Source of the DNA: Paragordius varius
Lineage: Eukaryota; Animalia; Nematomorpha
Length of the DNA stretch: 64,000 nt
Direction of reading: 5' to 3'
Assembly (NCBI GenBank): GCA_964247055.1
Contig: OZ176059.1
Coordinates: 2,728,001-2,792,000, forward strand
The position numbers and the translations under genes were made by a program. This document shows positions 26,801 to 39,700 of the stretch, piece after piece; the stretch's first letter is position 1, and every line of letters starts with the position of its first letter. Below the pieces are notes generated by a model. That model did no database searches and had not been told where the DNA came from. It saw nothing but the letters and a program-made list of their open reading frames with translations.

Positions 26801-29800
26801 ATTTTTATGAGAACGTTACCATGACAACGGCAATGGGGACGGATACTTTACCACCACCACAAACAGTGGATCAAAAACGTCGTCGTGTTGATGGAAGTGA
26901 TAGAAGATTGGTGGTGGGGTTGGATCGTACCCCAAGTGTCCGCTCATGTATCCCATGTGATTGTAATCCGACTGGTAAGATTCCTTTCCTTTTTTGTATT
27001 TTTTCTTTAAATGTTTTTGGTGTGAACGCTTATGAGAATAAGTAGTTAAAAACCAAATTTATCATAATAATTAATGTGATCTCCTATAAGTATAGCTAGT
27101 CAAAACTTTTAGGTTAATACTTAATTAGAAATAATTGATGTATGAATAAAATTAAAATGTGGCGTAAAAAAATGGTAAATTTTGAAATTTTATATTGTTA
27201 TTCACAATTTTCCAAACAATTTTAACGGTTAATTAATTTTGTTGGTTTTCAGTATATATAATCATTATATACAATCATCCAGACACAAAAATATAGGCTA
27301 TATTATTTCTTGTGTCCATGTTTTTTCCTTAAAGAAAGTAAGTTCATACATTATACCTTATTAATAATTTTTGTAGGATCACTAAGTATGCAATGTAATA
27401 GCTTGGGTAAATGCGCTTGTAAATCCGGTGTAGCCGGTGACAAATGTGACAGGTGTGATTCAAACTTTTTTGGGTTTTCCGAAACCGGATGTAGACCTTG
27501 CGGGTGCGCACCGACCGGAAGTATGGATTCACCGCCAAGGTGTCGCACTGACACCGGTCAATGTGTCTGTAAAGTATAATTTGAATCTTTTTAAATTTTT
27601 AACTACAGTAATAATTGCAACTATACATAGACATTGTAAAAACAAAGAAAGATATGTTTTACCTATTATATATATACATATGTTGGTATAAAAACAACCA
27701 TATTAAACTTTGATTACTTTAAAAAATTAATGTTTTGCGCGGCAAAAGAGGGTTTATATAGGTAAATTGTTAACACACTTTATCATATATTTTAAAATTG
27801 TAGTTACTATATAGTTTATGTGATAAAAATCATGATTTATGGTTGTATTTATGCTGCAATAAAAAATATTTGTCGTTTGTTATAAAAGTTTAATTTTTAC
27901 ATATACGGTATTTCATATATATATATATATATATATACCATTTACAATTCAATCACCCTTAAACAATTCAAATTCACCCTCATATAATATTTGTTTTTAA
28001 ATATTAAAAATTACCTATATTTTATATATTTTTAAAAAATAAAAATTTTGTTTTAAATTAAAATAATACTGAAAATATAATAAACTATAACATAAACATA
28101 TATTTCATATTAATAATGAGTTATATTAGTTCAAAAATACATAATTTATTTTTAGGGTGAATTTGAATTGTTCAAAGGTAAATTGTTCAAGGGTGAATTT
28201 GAAATGTAAATGGTATATATATATAGCAAAACGTTGAGGGTCAGGCCTGTGATCGATGTAAACCTGGGTATTTTGATGCCGGTCTTTTTACCCGATCTTC
28301 TTCCGCCGCTATAACTAACGCCAATAACCGCGGAAACGAGGCTGGGATGCGTTATAACCCCGCTGTCCTACAAAGCTTTTATTATGGTCAATCAACCAAT
28401 TATATTGGTGCTGGTGATCAAAACCCATACTATTACCCTGAAACGGGGCAAAATAACCACCAATATTATTTCCCTCAACAACAGTTACAGTATGTACAAA
28501 ATCAACAATTTCAATTGCAACAAATGATACCACCACCTGATACGTTTGGTTGCGTTAAATGTTATTGTTATGGTCATTCATCTATATGTACTTCCAGTCC
28601 TAGGTAAAATTACTTTTTATTAATATACTATTTTTATTACACAAAAAACAGATACTAACTATATTTATCTTATGCTTAATCTTATATAAACTTAAAAGGG
28701 TTGTTAATTGATATATATAATATTATGTCTTTGATTGCTAATAAGGTTTTCGAAGGAAAAACTATGTGCATGTAACGAAAAATGATGTGTTTATAAGAGC
28801 TTAATTAAATGGTAATTAACCCTTTAAAACGATTTTTGCGGATAATTTCTTAAAGTAATAGAATAAACCATAAAATCTACAGGATGCATGATTTCTCTAA
28901 TGTTTTTTTAAACTTTTTACAATATTCACATCAACTCTTTTGCACTACAGATATGAGAGGCGTGATATAACGAGTGATTTCAGCACCGGAGCTCAGCGTT
29001 GGAGGACCGTTGTCATGGTAACAGAAAATGTTTTGGACGCATATGGCCGACCTATTGGTCGACGTGACATTGAACGTGATGTACCCTACAGCCATGATAT
29101 TTACAATAAAAATTTAGGCCTTGTACTACGGGTCTCTCAACTAATCCCACTTTTACCTGTTTTATTACCACAGAATCTAAACGCTAATCTAAGAGAACAA
29201 CAAAATGTTGAAAATAAGGATTCCAAGAAAGATTTAAACACGTTAAAAGGGCAGGCACAAGAACGAGAACAAGAGGAACGACTAAACTCATGGATAAATA
29301 ATGATAGCGCTCTGCGTAGCAAATTGGGATCTGTTCGAATGCCCTACTTTTATTTTTCGGCTCCAGGTTAGCATATTTTGTGTTTGTTTTGAGTACTTTT
29401 GCATATATATATGCTTCTTCTACGGGAAATTATGTTAATAAACGAGTTTAGTTCATGTGAGGTTATTTCATTTTCTTCTTTTCAATTTATAGAGTAAAGT
29501 TAAGTTTACAAAAGCCAGAACATAAGTAAGCATATATTTTATTATAAAAAATAACCATTTCAACAAATCCTATCGCGTTGAAAAATAACAAATAGATTGC
29601 AAACGAATCATATAGTTAGTTTTATATGATTTAACTTAATAAATCTGATCGTTTTTTTGTTCGACTAGTCACCCTAATAAGATAAAAGTTTAAAAAACAT
29701 ATTACTTAGATTGGTTTGTCTTTGGGGGGGGGGGGAAGTTTATTTTTATATTTTTAGCAATCTTAATTTTTATTCTACCGAATAGATAAATACCTCGGGG

Positions 29801-32800
29801 ATCAAAGATTCTCATATGATCGTTATTTGAGTTTTCGCCTCCGGATCGAAGCATCACCCGCCGGGGTCCCTCGGCCCAGTCATTACGATTTGGTCCTTGA
29901 GTCCTCAACATCAGCTGATCGTCAGCGAGGTGGAGGTGGACAGGAACCGCTAACAGCCAATGACGGTAACGTTAACGTTAATAACGCTGACATCACACAT
30001 AGGGTTATAACTGCTCCGCGCAAAATTAGCGTTGCATTGCTGGCTCAAAATAACCCTTTTCCCAAGGCTGGGGAATGGCACACCTACCGTTTTAGGCTTA
30101 ATGAAGCCCGCGAATTCGGATGGGTCCCTACCCTAGATTTCTATGATTACGTTACGCTCCTATCCAATTTAACGGCTATCCGGGTCCGAGCAATATATTC
30201 GGAGAGTTTGGGCCCAAGTGATGTGTCATCATCAACATCCACAGCTGATGATTTAGCGGCCACGTCAGCTGATGCTTCTTCAACCGCTAACGGCGGTGGT
30301 GGTGGATTAGAAATAGGTCAGTGTGTATGTTTATATGTATGGGGTAAAAATGTTGGTTTTTCAATTGCTTAAGTAAAGGCTAATATTTAATATTGAATCA
30401 TTTTTTAGGTATAGAGGATTATTTATGTGGCATTTTGAATGGTTATAACCCCGTTTTTACCCATTGTGCTAAATGACTTTTTTAATATATTTTTTGATCT
30501 TTTAAATACTATGTTTAACACGCGATGGTTAAAAAAATGTTTTTTTTCGATTCGGTTAAATCAATTAAATAAACCATGCAGTGGACGACAAGTAAATTTT
30601 GTCGTAAAATAATTTATTGATTTGCAAATTTATATTAGTAGTATTGTCAAGCCATTGAAATAAAATCAATAATAATAAAAAAACATGGCTAAAATTTTTG
30701 GAATTAAACAAATTGCTTAATTTAACGTTTTGTCCCACCTTTTTTATAATGGTTTAATGAAAATAAATATTTGTGGCAATGCCGACCAATAATTAACATT
30801 AAAATTGTAAGTTTTTGCAATAAATTAGCTCTATTTTTTATTTGGTTTTATGTTATTTTACGATTATTACTAATGTGTGTTAATAAAAATAAATTTTTGT
30901 GTGAATTACCCGACCCCAATGATAGTTGGTTATATTTAATACAGTTTAAAGGTGCGCGACTTTTGTTTTGCAAAAGCCCTATTCACACATATCCTATTCA
31001 CAATAAAGTGACGTTTTAATATATTTTTTAGGAAACGTACCCTTGTTAAGCCATCAAAATGCCAGTATACCGCTTCAACAACAAACCCTGGGCGCTGGAT
31101 TCATTGATGATTTTGTGCTTGAGAGCGCTAAACTTGGGACTCTGAGCGGTCGGGCCGCTAATTGGGTCGAATCATGTACTTGTCCAAAGGGGTATTGATT
31201 GTTTTTACAAATATACCATTTACACATCAAATTCACCCTTGAACAATTCAAATTCACCCTCCTTGAACAATTCAAATTTACCCTTCTTGAACAATTCAAA
31301 TTCACCCTAAAAATAAATTATGAAATTTCTGTCTAAATAACTCATTATTAAAATTAAATATATTTTTATGGGCAAAGTTTATTATTTTTTCAGTATTATT
31401 TTGAGTACACACAAAATTTCTTTTTTTAAAAATATAAAAAAATATATAGGTAATATATATGTTTAAAAAACACATAATTTATTTTAGGGTGAATTTGAAT
31501 TGTTCAAGGGTGAATTGAATTGTTCAAGGGTGAATTTGAATTGTTCAAGGGTGTATATGCTAGTTCGGTTATAACGACGGTCTTTTTTTGTTACTTCTAT
31601 CTCACAACAACACATATTAATTAAAAATCACAAATTTTTTAGCGGAAAACGCCATCTTTATAGTAAATATTAAACATATTATGGAGATTATTTTTCTTAG
31701 CCTACCCGTGCTCATTATGTGTGGCTGATGAGTCCACAACAAGGACGAAACGCGTCTCACACTATGACACGTGGTAAACACTGTCCCCTTTAAATTTTCG
31801 TTTCATAAAGCCACCTATTGCTTGATAGGAAGTACTATAACTTCTAATTGCAAAGGTAGGCTAAGAAAAATAATCTTCATAATATGTTAAATATGTTTAA
31901 CACATTTTATGTTTACTACATTTAACTCAAAAAGCTAACTTCGCTTATATCTTTTTTCATTAGGTACGTTGGTCAATTCTGTGAATCCTGTGCTGCTGGT
32001 TACAAACGGTCCATACCATTTGGCGGACCGACCGTTTCCTGCACACCTTGTGAATGTAACGGGCACAGCGAAACATGTGATCCCCAAAGTGGGGCCTGTA
32101 TTTGCCGTCATAACACAACCGGGGGCCAATGTCAATTCTGTTCGCCTGGGTTTTGGGGTAATGCCCAATTTTCAGCGACCGAACTGGAACAATTGGCACA
32201 GCTGACGATAACAACGACAGCTGATGCAATAAAAACTAATGTAGGTAAACGCGTCCCTGAGACGGCTTGTAGGGCATGTCCTTGCCCTGGGCGTTCTGAA
32301 TGCTTCCAGGATGACCGAACTCAACAACTCATATGCACGGATTGTCCGGACGGATATACGGGTAAAATGTTTTATAAATTGAGTTAACTGTTATATAATT
32401 GGTTAAAAAGTGAGATTTATTGGTGGTTTTGAAATTTTTTCGATTATTGGTTAATTAGCTTTGTAGAATAATTGGTTTAACATTAATTTTTGCTTGAAGA
32501 TGTTTTACAGTAGTGCTCAATGGCTTTTGTAAAATAATTGGTTAAAATACGTTAGTTTTTATGTGTTTTACAGTAGGGATCAATTCACTTTTGCTTTTAT
32601 TAGTGGAGTCCGTGTCTAAAAGTTTTTTTTCGATATATAAACATTTATTAAATCATAGTTACAGGTTAAAATATACACCATACATGAATGTATTTGATAA
32701 TAGACAAAAATCATTGTGATTTAAAATATTTAGTCTGACTTTAAGTTATGTTTAATGGAAATAATGCCAATGTAAAACAAAAATTGGATTTCTCCTATTT

Positions 32801-33132
32801 CCAGATGTGATTAACAATTTTGAAGAATAAGTTTTTTTTCCACAAAAAATTAAACATTTACTCAAGCTTTTGGTTGGTTGAGGGAATACTGATAATATTA
32901 TATATAAAAAAACATATAATATCTTCAAAAATATAGTGAAAACTGTCATAATTTATATATTTCGTTATACATATAATTCACACTATACATAGGTAATTTG
33001 TGCGAAATTTGTGCTGATGGTTTTTACGGACAACCACCCCATATCCCATGCCGACCTTGTGATTGTAATGGTAAAAAATAAAATATAATTTTTATTATTT
33101 TTTTTTAATTTAAACAAAATTTTTTTTACTTA

Positions 33133-33163
<31 letters not shown>

Positions 33164-36100
33164 ACGTAACACGTATAAAATTTCAGACCTTATGTTAACA
33201 TAACAAAATACAAGGCTGAATTTCTCCAATGTTAGGCGTAAAATTTTATGGATTTTTTTCATTTGTGATTGTTATGGTAAAAATCATAATATAAATTTGG
33301 ATTTTTTCCACATATTGGATAAAAAATTATTGCGACATCATCCTTTATATAAGTTTATATTAGGTATTACACACACACTCCAACAGCATTGATAAAAAAA
33401 TAAATATTCTTAGATTTTTTTCCATTTTAAACAAATTTTTTTGTTTTTTTGACATATATATATATATATATATATGATTATAGGTAACACAGATCCCAAC
33501 AGTATTGGTAATTGTGATAGGGTAACGGGTCGATGTTTGCGTTGCATAAAGAACACGGCTGGTGACAAATGTCAAAAATGTCTTCCCGGCTTTTTTGGAA
33601 ATGCCTTGTCACGCAACCCCGAACAGGGGGGATGCAAACGTATGCCTATTTTTATTTGATTTTAAATTTTAAAGTTCATATTAACAATGATTATATATAT
33701 ATATATTAAGGTTAGATATATGATCAAATATATATATATATATATATATATAGTATGTACATTTATGCTGGCTTATTCGCATTACTGTTGTTCAATTTGT
33801 AATAATACAGTAGCGTTTTTGTTATAAAAAAATTTCATTTCTAAATTATTTAAACAAAAGGTAAAAATTGTTGAATTTTAACATTTTTTTTGTTTTTTTC
33901 CCAAACACGCACACGGTATTACCAATTGGCCAATAATAATGTGAATTGACCATCATAAATGTGCATACTATATACATATATACCATTTACAATTCAAATT
34001 CACCTTTAAACAATTCAAATTTACCCTTGAACAATTCAAATTCAACCTTAAACAATTCAAATTCACCCTCAAATAAAATATATGTTTTTAGATAAAAAAT
34101 TACCCAATATTTTTATATATTTAAAAAAAATAAAAATTTTGTTTTAAAATTAAATAATACTGAAAAAATAATGAACTATGTCAAGATATATTTCTCATTA
34201 ATTATGAGTTATATCAGTTCGAAAACACATAATTTATTTTTAGGGTGAATTTGAATTGTTCGAGGGTGAATTTGAATTGTTCAAGGGTGAATTATAGCTG
34301 TAAATGGTATATATAACTATATACGTTTTATATAGCTTGTGACTGTTACCCGGCTGGCACTATGTCACCATCTAGCACTGATCATCACCACAATACCAAC
34401 ATTCTTATTAATCCAAATAATGAAGATTATCGACGGGATAAGAATTTCTACGTATGTCACGATGTTACCGGTCAATGTCCATGTATACATGCTACACGTG
34501 TTGTAGGGCGACGGTGTGATGCCTGTGCCCCGGGTTTTTGGGGCTTGGGAGCGACTATTCCGGCAAAGTTAGCGGATGCATATAGAGCAGGAGGAACCGT
34601 TATAACGGCCGACCCCTTAACCGGGTGTCGGGAATGCGGGTGTCACCCGCTCGGTTCCCACAACAACTCGTGTCAAGCCAACACCGGCACGTGTTATTGT
34701 AAACCGGGTGTCCGGGGTCGGACCTGTGACAGCTGTGCTCCAAACTATTTTGGGTTTTCAACCGGTCAGGGATGTAAAGGTAGGTTAACTTGTGTTGTCT
34801 AGCTAGTTTGATTTTATACTTTTGCGCCTTGTAGTATACGCATTAAAAGTATTTTTGATAACAAAATTGAGTATAAACTTGTTAAAAATTTCTTTTATCA
34901 ATAATTCCCCCTCTTTCTCTCTCTCATATATATACCTATACAATAGATTTAAAAATTGAGCTGGTGATATATTTTTAAATTTTCATTTTCTATTTGATAA
35001 TAATATTTTTTTCAAATTTAAAATAGTTTTGCTCAAGGTGCGCGCCTAGAAATAGAAAAAAATCATAAGTATATAAAAATGAATTGTGCAAAACTGTAGT
35101 AGAGTTTTATTAGTTGGTCACAACTTGTTTTTAGCTTTTATTTTTTTTATTTTTTCCCGTTTTTATTTCGACCAATGTTATTTGGTGATAAATATATCCA
35201 TATTATAATATATTTATATATATATATATATATATGTCGCTTTTTTTACTTCTTAAAATTTAAAAATCTTATTTTATATTCAGAATGTTTATGTGACCCG
35301 TTCGGGTCTCGTTCTCCCCAATGTGGTGATGACGGTCGCTGTCCATGTAAACCGGGTGTCACTGGTCTCAAATGTGACAAATGTCTCCCTAACAAATATA
35401 ATTTACGCGCTGGTTGTCTAGGTAACCAACACTTATTAATTTACATTGCCCAAAATATGTTTGTGTCATATAAAAAACAATAGGTATAGTTGAATTGTTT
35501 CATTTCACACTGTATTTATAAAACTTTACACGTCTTATATTTTTTATATTTCAACATTCCTAACCTTATTAAATATTTGGTAATAAAATTATCTATCAGT
35601 CTTTTTCCCTTTAATAAAACTGTGAATCTTTTATTCTGAAACATTTTCCGTTATCTTTTCTAAGTATATGTAATAATATTATTTTCTTATACCTTATGAA
35701 TATACCATTTAGACCTCGAATTTATCCTTAAACATTTCAAATAAACCATATGTTTTCGGAAATTAAAAATTACCTATATATTTTTATACGATTAAATGAA
35801 ACTTTGTTTAAAATTAACATATAACCCTACAGAAAAAAAATCTATATAATCCATATAGAATTTTGGTTATATTAATTTAAATTATCCCAAAAACAGATGT
35901 ATAATTTATTTTTTAAGATTGAAAATGAAATTTTCAGGGGTGAATTCTAAATGTTTGTGGCTAAATTTAAAATGCTTGATGCGAAATTGGAATGTTCAAG
36001 GGTCAATTTTAAATGTTTAAGTGTTAATTTTATTTTTTGTGGCTAAATTTAAAATGCTTGAGGCGAGATTTAAACTGTTCAAGGGTGAATTTGATGAGAT

Positions 36101-36706
36101 CTATCTATAAGTGGTATATACTAATAGTATAATAAACTAATTACAATTACTTTACTTACTTCCTTTTGTACAGATTGCGCTCCGTGTTATGGCTTGGTAC
36201 AGGACCGCGTAACTGAAGCCCGACTTAAAACGGATCAATTAGCCAAGGTGCTAGATGAGGTAGGAGACCGACCGGCTGCTACTCTCTCAGCCACAGATGC
36301 CGATTTTGAGCGCGGACTTCAACAAATGCACACGTCGCTCGATCAACTTTTACGGGAAGCTAAAATAGCGACTGGTAAAATTTTTTTTTTATCTTAGGTT
36401 GGATTTGGTTTGATTCTTATCAACGGTGTTTGAGGAGTTTGGATAGTTTTATTAAAGTCATTAAATGTTTTAAACCGATCTGAAACACTCGTTTTGGAGT
36501 GTATAGTTATTATTTAAAATATATATATATATATATATATATTATGTATGCTAGCGAAATACTAAGGGAAATAGCGACTGGTAAAAATTTTTTTATCTAT
36601 CTTTTTTTGCTTAGAAATGTAGGTTGGGATTGGTTTGATTTGGATAGTTTTATAAAGGTGATTGAATGTTTTAAACCGGTCTAAAACACTCGTTTTTGAG
36701 TGTAGT

Positions 36707-36763
<57 letters not shown>

Positions 36764-39700
36764 TGATAGTAAGCGAAATAGCGACTATACGTTTTTTGAT
36801 TTTTGATTTTATTTTGCGATTAATATTGAGTTGCGTTTTTATTAACGGTTTGTGAATTTGGACCACAGTTATAAAATTGGGTTGAGTTATGAAATTTGAC
36901 AAACTGAAACACTGTTTTTCGAGTGTTATTACCAAAATAGCCACTGTCGGGCATTAACGGGGTTTTGGTTTGTTGGACCTGATATATCTATATATATATA
37001 TGTTCATAAACAAGTCATTCATTATTTACTACAAATGTGTTATGTTTATTGTATTTTTTGGTGTTAAATACAAAATCAAACAAAAGTTAACCATTTTAAT
37101 AATGTATATTAATAACAAATTTTTGGTCAAAATATAAAAATTTCTTTTTTTCATACATACATACGCTTTTTCCCACAATAATTTTATTTTTTTTTATCTA
37201 TACGTGGTGGAGGCATTATCTGACTCTGACAAACAAACTCCTTATAAAAATAACCGTTAAAACCCTTCAAACATATGAATCCTTATCTCACCATAATGAA
37301 TGATTGTATTAAGTGGTCAGGCCGGTTTTACTTTCTTGTAATCAAGGGCGTATTTTCCACAAATATATTATTAATTTTGTGTCTATCGATTTCTATGATA
37401 TAACCGTCAAATATATTTTATCTATATTTTTGTAAAATCAATATATAAACAGTGTAGATAAGATTATTTTTGCTAGTTAAAAAATATCTTAGATAGTATT
37501 TCCAGTTGAAAGGATTTTTTTATTATTTGCTTATATTTACAGTTAAAGGTTAGAAAAAATGTATTAGCTTGTCGGTTTTTTATTGCTTTTGCCAACATTT
37601 GAGAATATTTAATGAAACTAGCAATGCATTTTTATTTTAAAGCTGTATAGGAACAAAAAGAACACAGATTTAATTTACAATCATTTAGTTATTAATAAAT
37701 TTCACCAGAATAATTTAAATTATATTATTTATAAATGTTTGTTTGCGTCAATTAATAATATTAACACATTTACAATCATAAAATATTTATTAAAATAGAG
37801 GAAATTAAAACAATTTTACACACGTTTTCCACGATAGGTTCTTCTCTAGATGATGATAATGAAAATGAAAATAAGCAGCAAAATGCTGGACACATTCTTT
37901 CACCCGCAAACATACATGAGTTAGCGGAACGTACCCGGACCGGTCATGAACTGCAAGATCAGCTGATCCGGACTTTAGCGGTCGTTAATGGGAGTGTCTT
38001 AGGACCGACTCTGTCACGTTTGACGGGGGAAACTGGACCAGCCCTGGAGGATTTAGCGGACACCTTGGCCCGGGCCCAAAAGGTTTATGCTAGCGAAGCG
38101 GTTTTAGCCTTTGAAAGCGCCAGCTCAGCAGCCACCGAATTCGGGTCCCGATCCAACGTTATGAGTGAATTGTCACGCCTTTCCCGCGATAAGATTGAAA
38201 GGTTTTTTTTGGAAATTTACCCTAAAATAGGGGTTTTTTTAACCATAAATATAGAAGACTAAATTAAACGTAGATTAGACTATTTTTTATATTTGATATA
38301 GTTTATATTAAGAATTTAATAAAATGGTTTGGCATTAATTGCTAGATCTTAGAATCAATGTGGGTTTAGATAATATTCTATACATATAAGATTTGATTAT
38401 AATATTGAAACGATATAATTTAGTATTAATAAATTATTTTATGAGATTTTAATACCTAACAATGGAAATTTTTAAATTTAAACATTCGAAGCTTTAATAT
38501 TTTATTTAAAAGACTAAAATTTGTTAAATATTTTAACAATGAGTGGTTTCCCATTAAGAATCTCAGTTATTTTTACAGTAATCGAAATTATACGGAAAAA
38601 CGTTTTTCTAAACAACCATTTTTAAATCTTGATTTCGTACACAAACTATTAAATCAAATTTTGGAATCTATAATTGATTGTAATAACAATATATATACAT
38701 ATATATAAATTCCATATTTTTTTCCACACCCAAAATGATGATTTTTATTTACATAAAAATATCATGTTTTCTATAAAAATACAATTGTCTTTTATAAAAA
38801 CTATTTGCCTTCCATTTTTGACATGTTATCTGTATTATTTCATACTTTTTACTCATGATTTTATCGATCAAAGTTAAATGCTTTGTAATAAATATTATAT
38901 GCATGTATATTATATATAGTTTAACAGCTCAAGTTGATATGATTCATGAGCTTGCTAATGAGGCGCGTAATATAACGCTAAAAACAGATACCTTGGCTCA
39001 ATCAATGGTTAGGGGACAAACTACTATAACGCAAGACATTGAAGATTTAACCAAAAAGTACATTTTTTTACATTCAATTTTTTTTAAGGGAAAAATTTTT
39101 TTTCTATTTCTGTTTTTTTTTGAAGTAAAAAAAGATAACGCATTATACAAGTTAATGGAAAGTTTAGTTTTTATATTAAAAGTAAAATAAATTTTGCACT
39201 TTTTTATAGAGAGCTTATTATTTCAGTAGGAATGCTAATTGGGATGTGAATTTTACGGGTAAAAATACAAAAAAAATTAGCATTTAATGATATGGTGTTT
39301 ACGTTTTGCTTTGTAAATTGTATTGTAGGATTTGTTTAAAAACAAAGCAATCATAAGCCAATAGTCACGGTATGCATATTTTAAGGTGATATACCCTTGA
39401 AAAACTATTTATAAGATAATTATTATGGAAACTACTATTTATTATAGTTAATATAAAGAATTAAAACTTTTAGATTTTTTAGTTGATATAAATATATATA
39501 AATTTTCTATCAGTCAAAAGGCATGGATAAATCTGAAGATTTTTTGTTAAAAATTTGTTTTTTCAGTCAATCAATAATTTAGAGTATATAAAAATACTCT
39601 CTATATATTTAAATGCTTTAAACCTACATAGATTTTTGGAAACTCAACAGTTATACAATCAAACTGTTGCATCGTCCCAAGAGGCCGTCAAAACATCACA

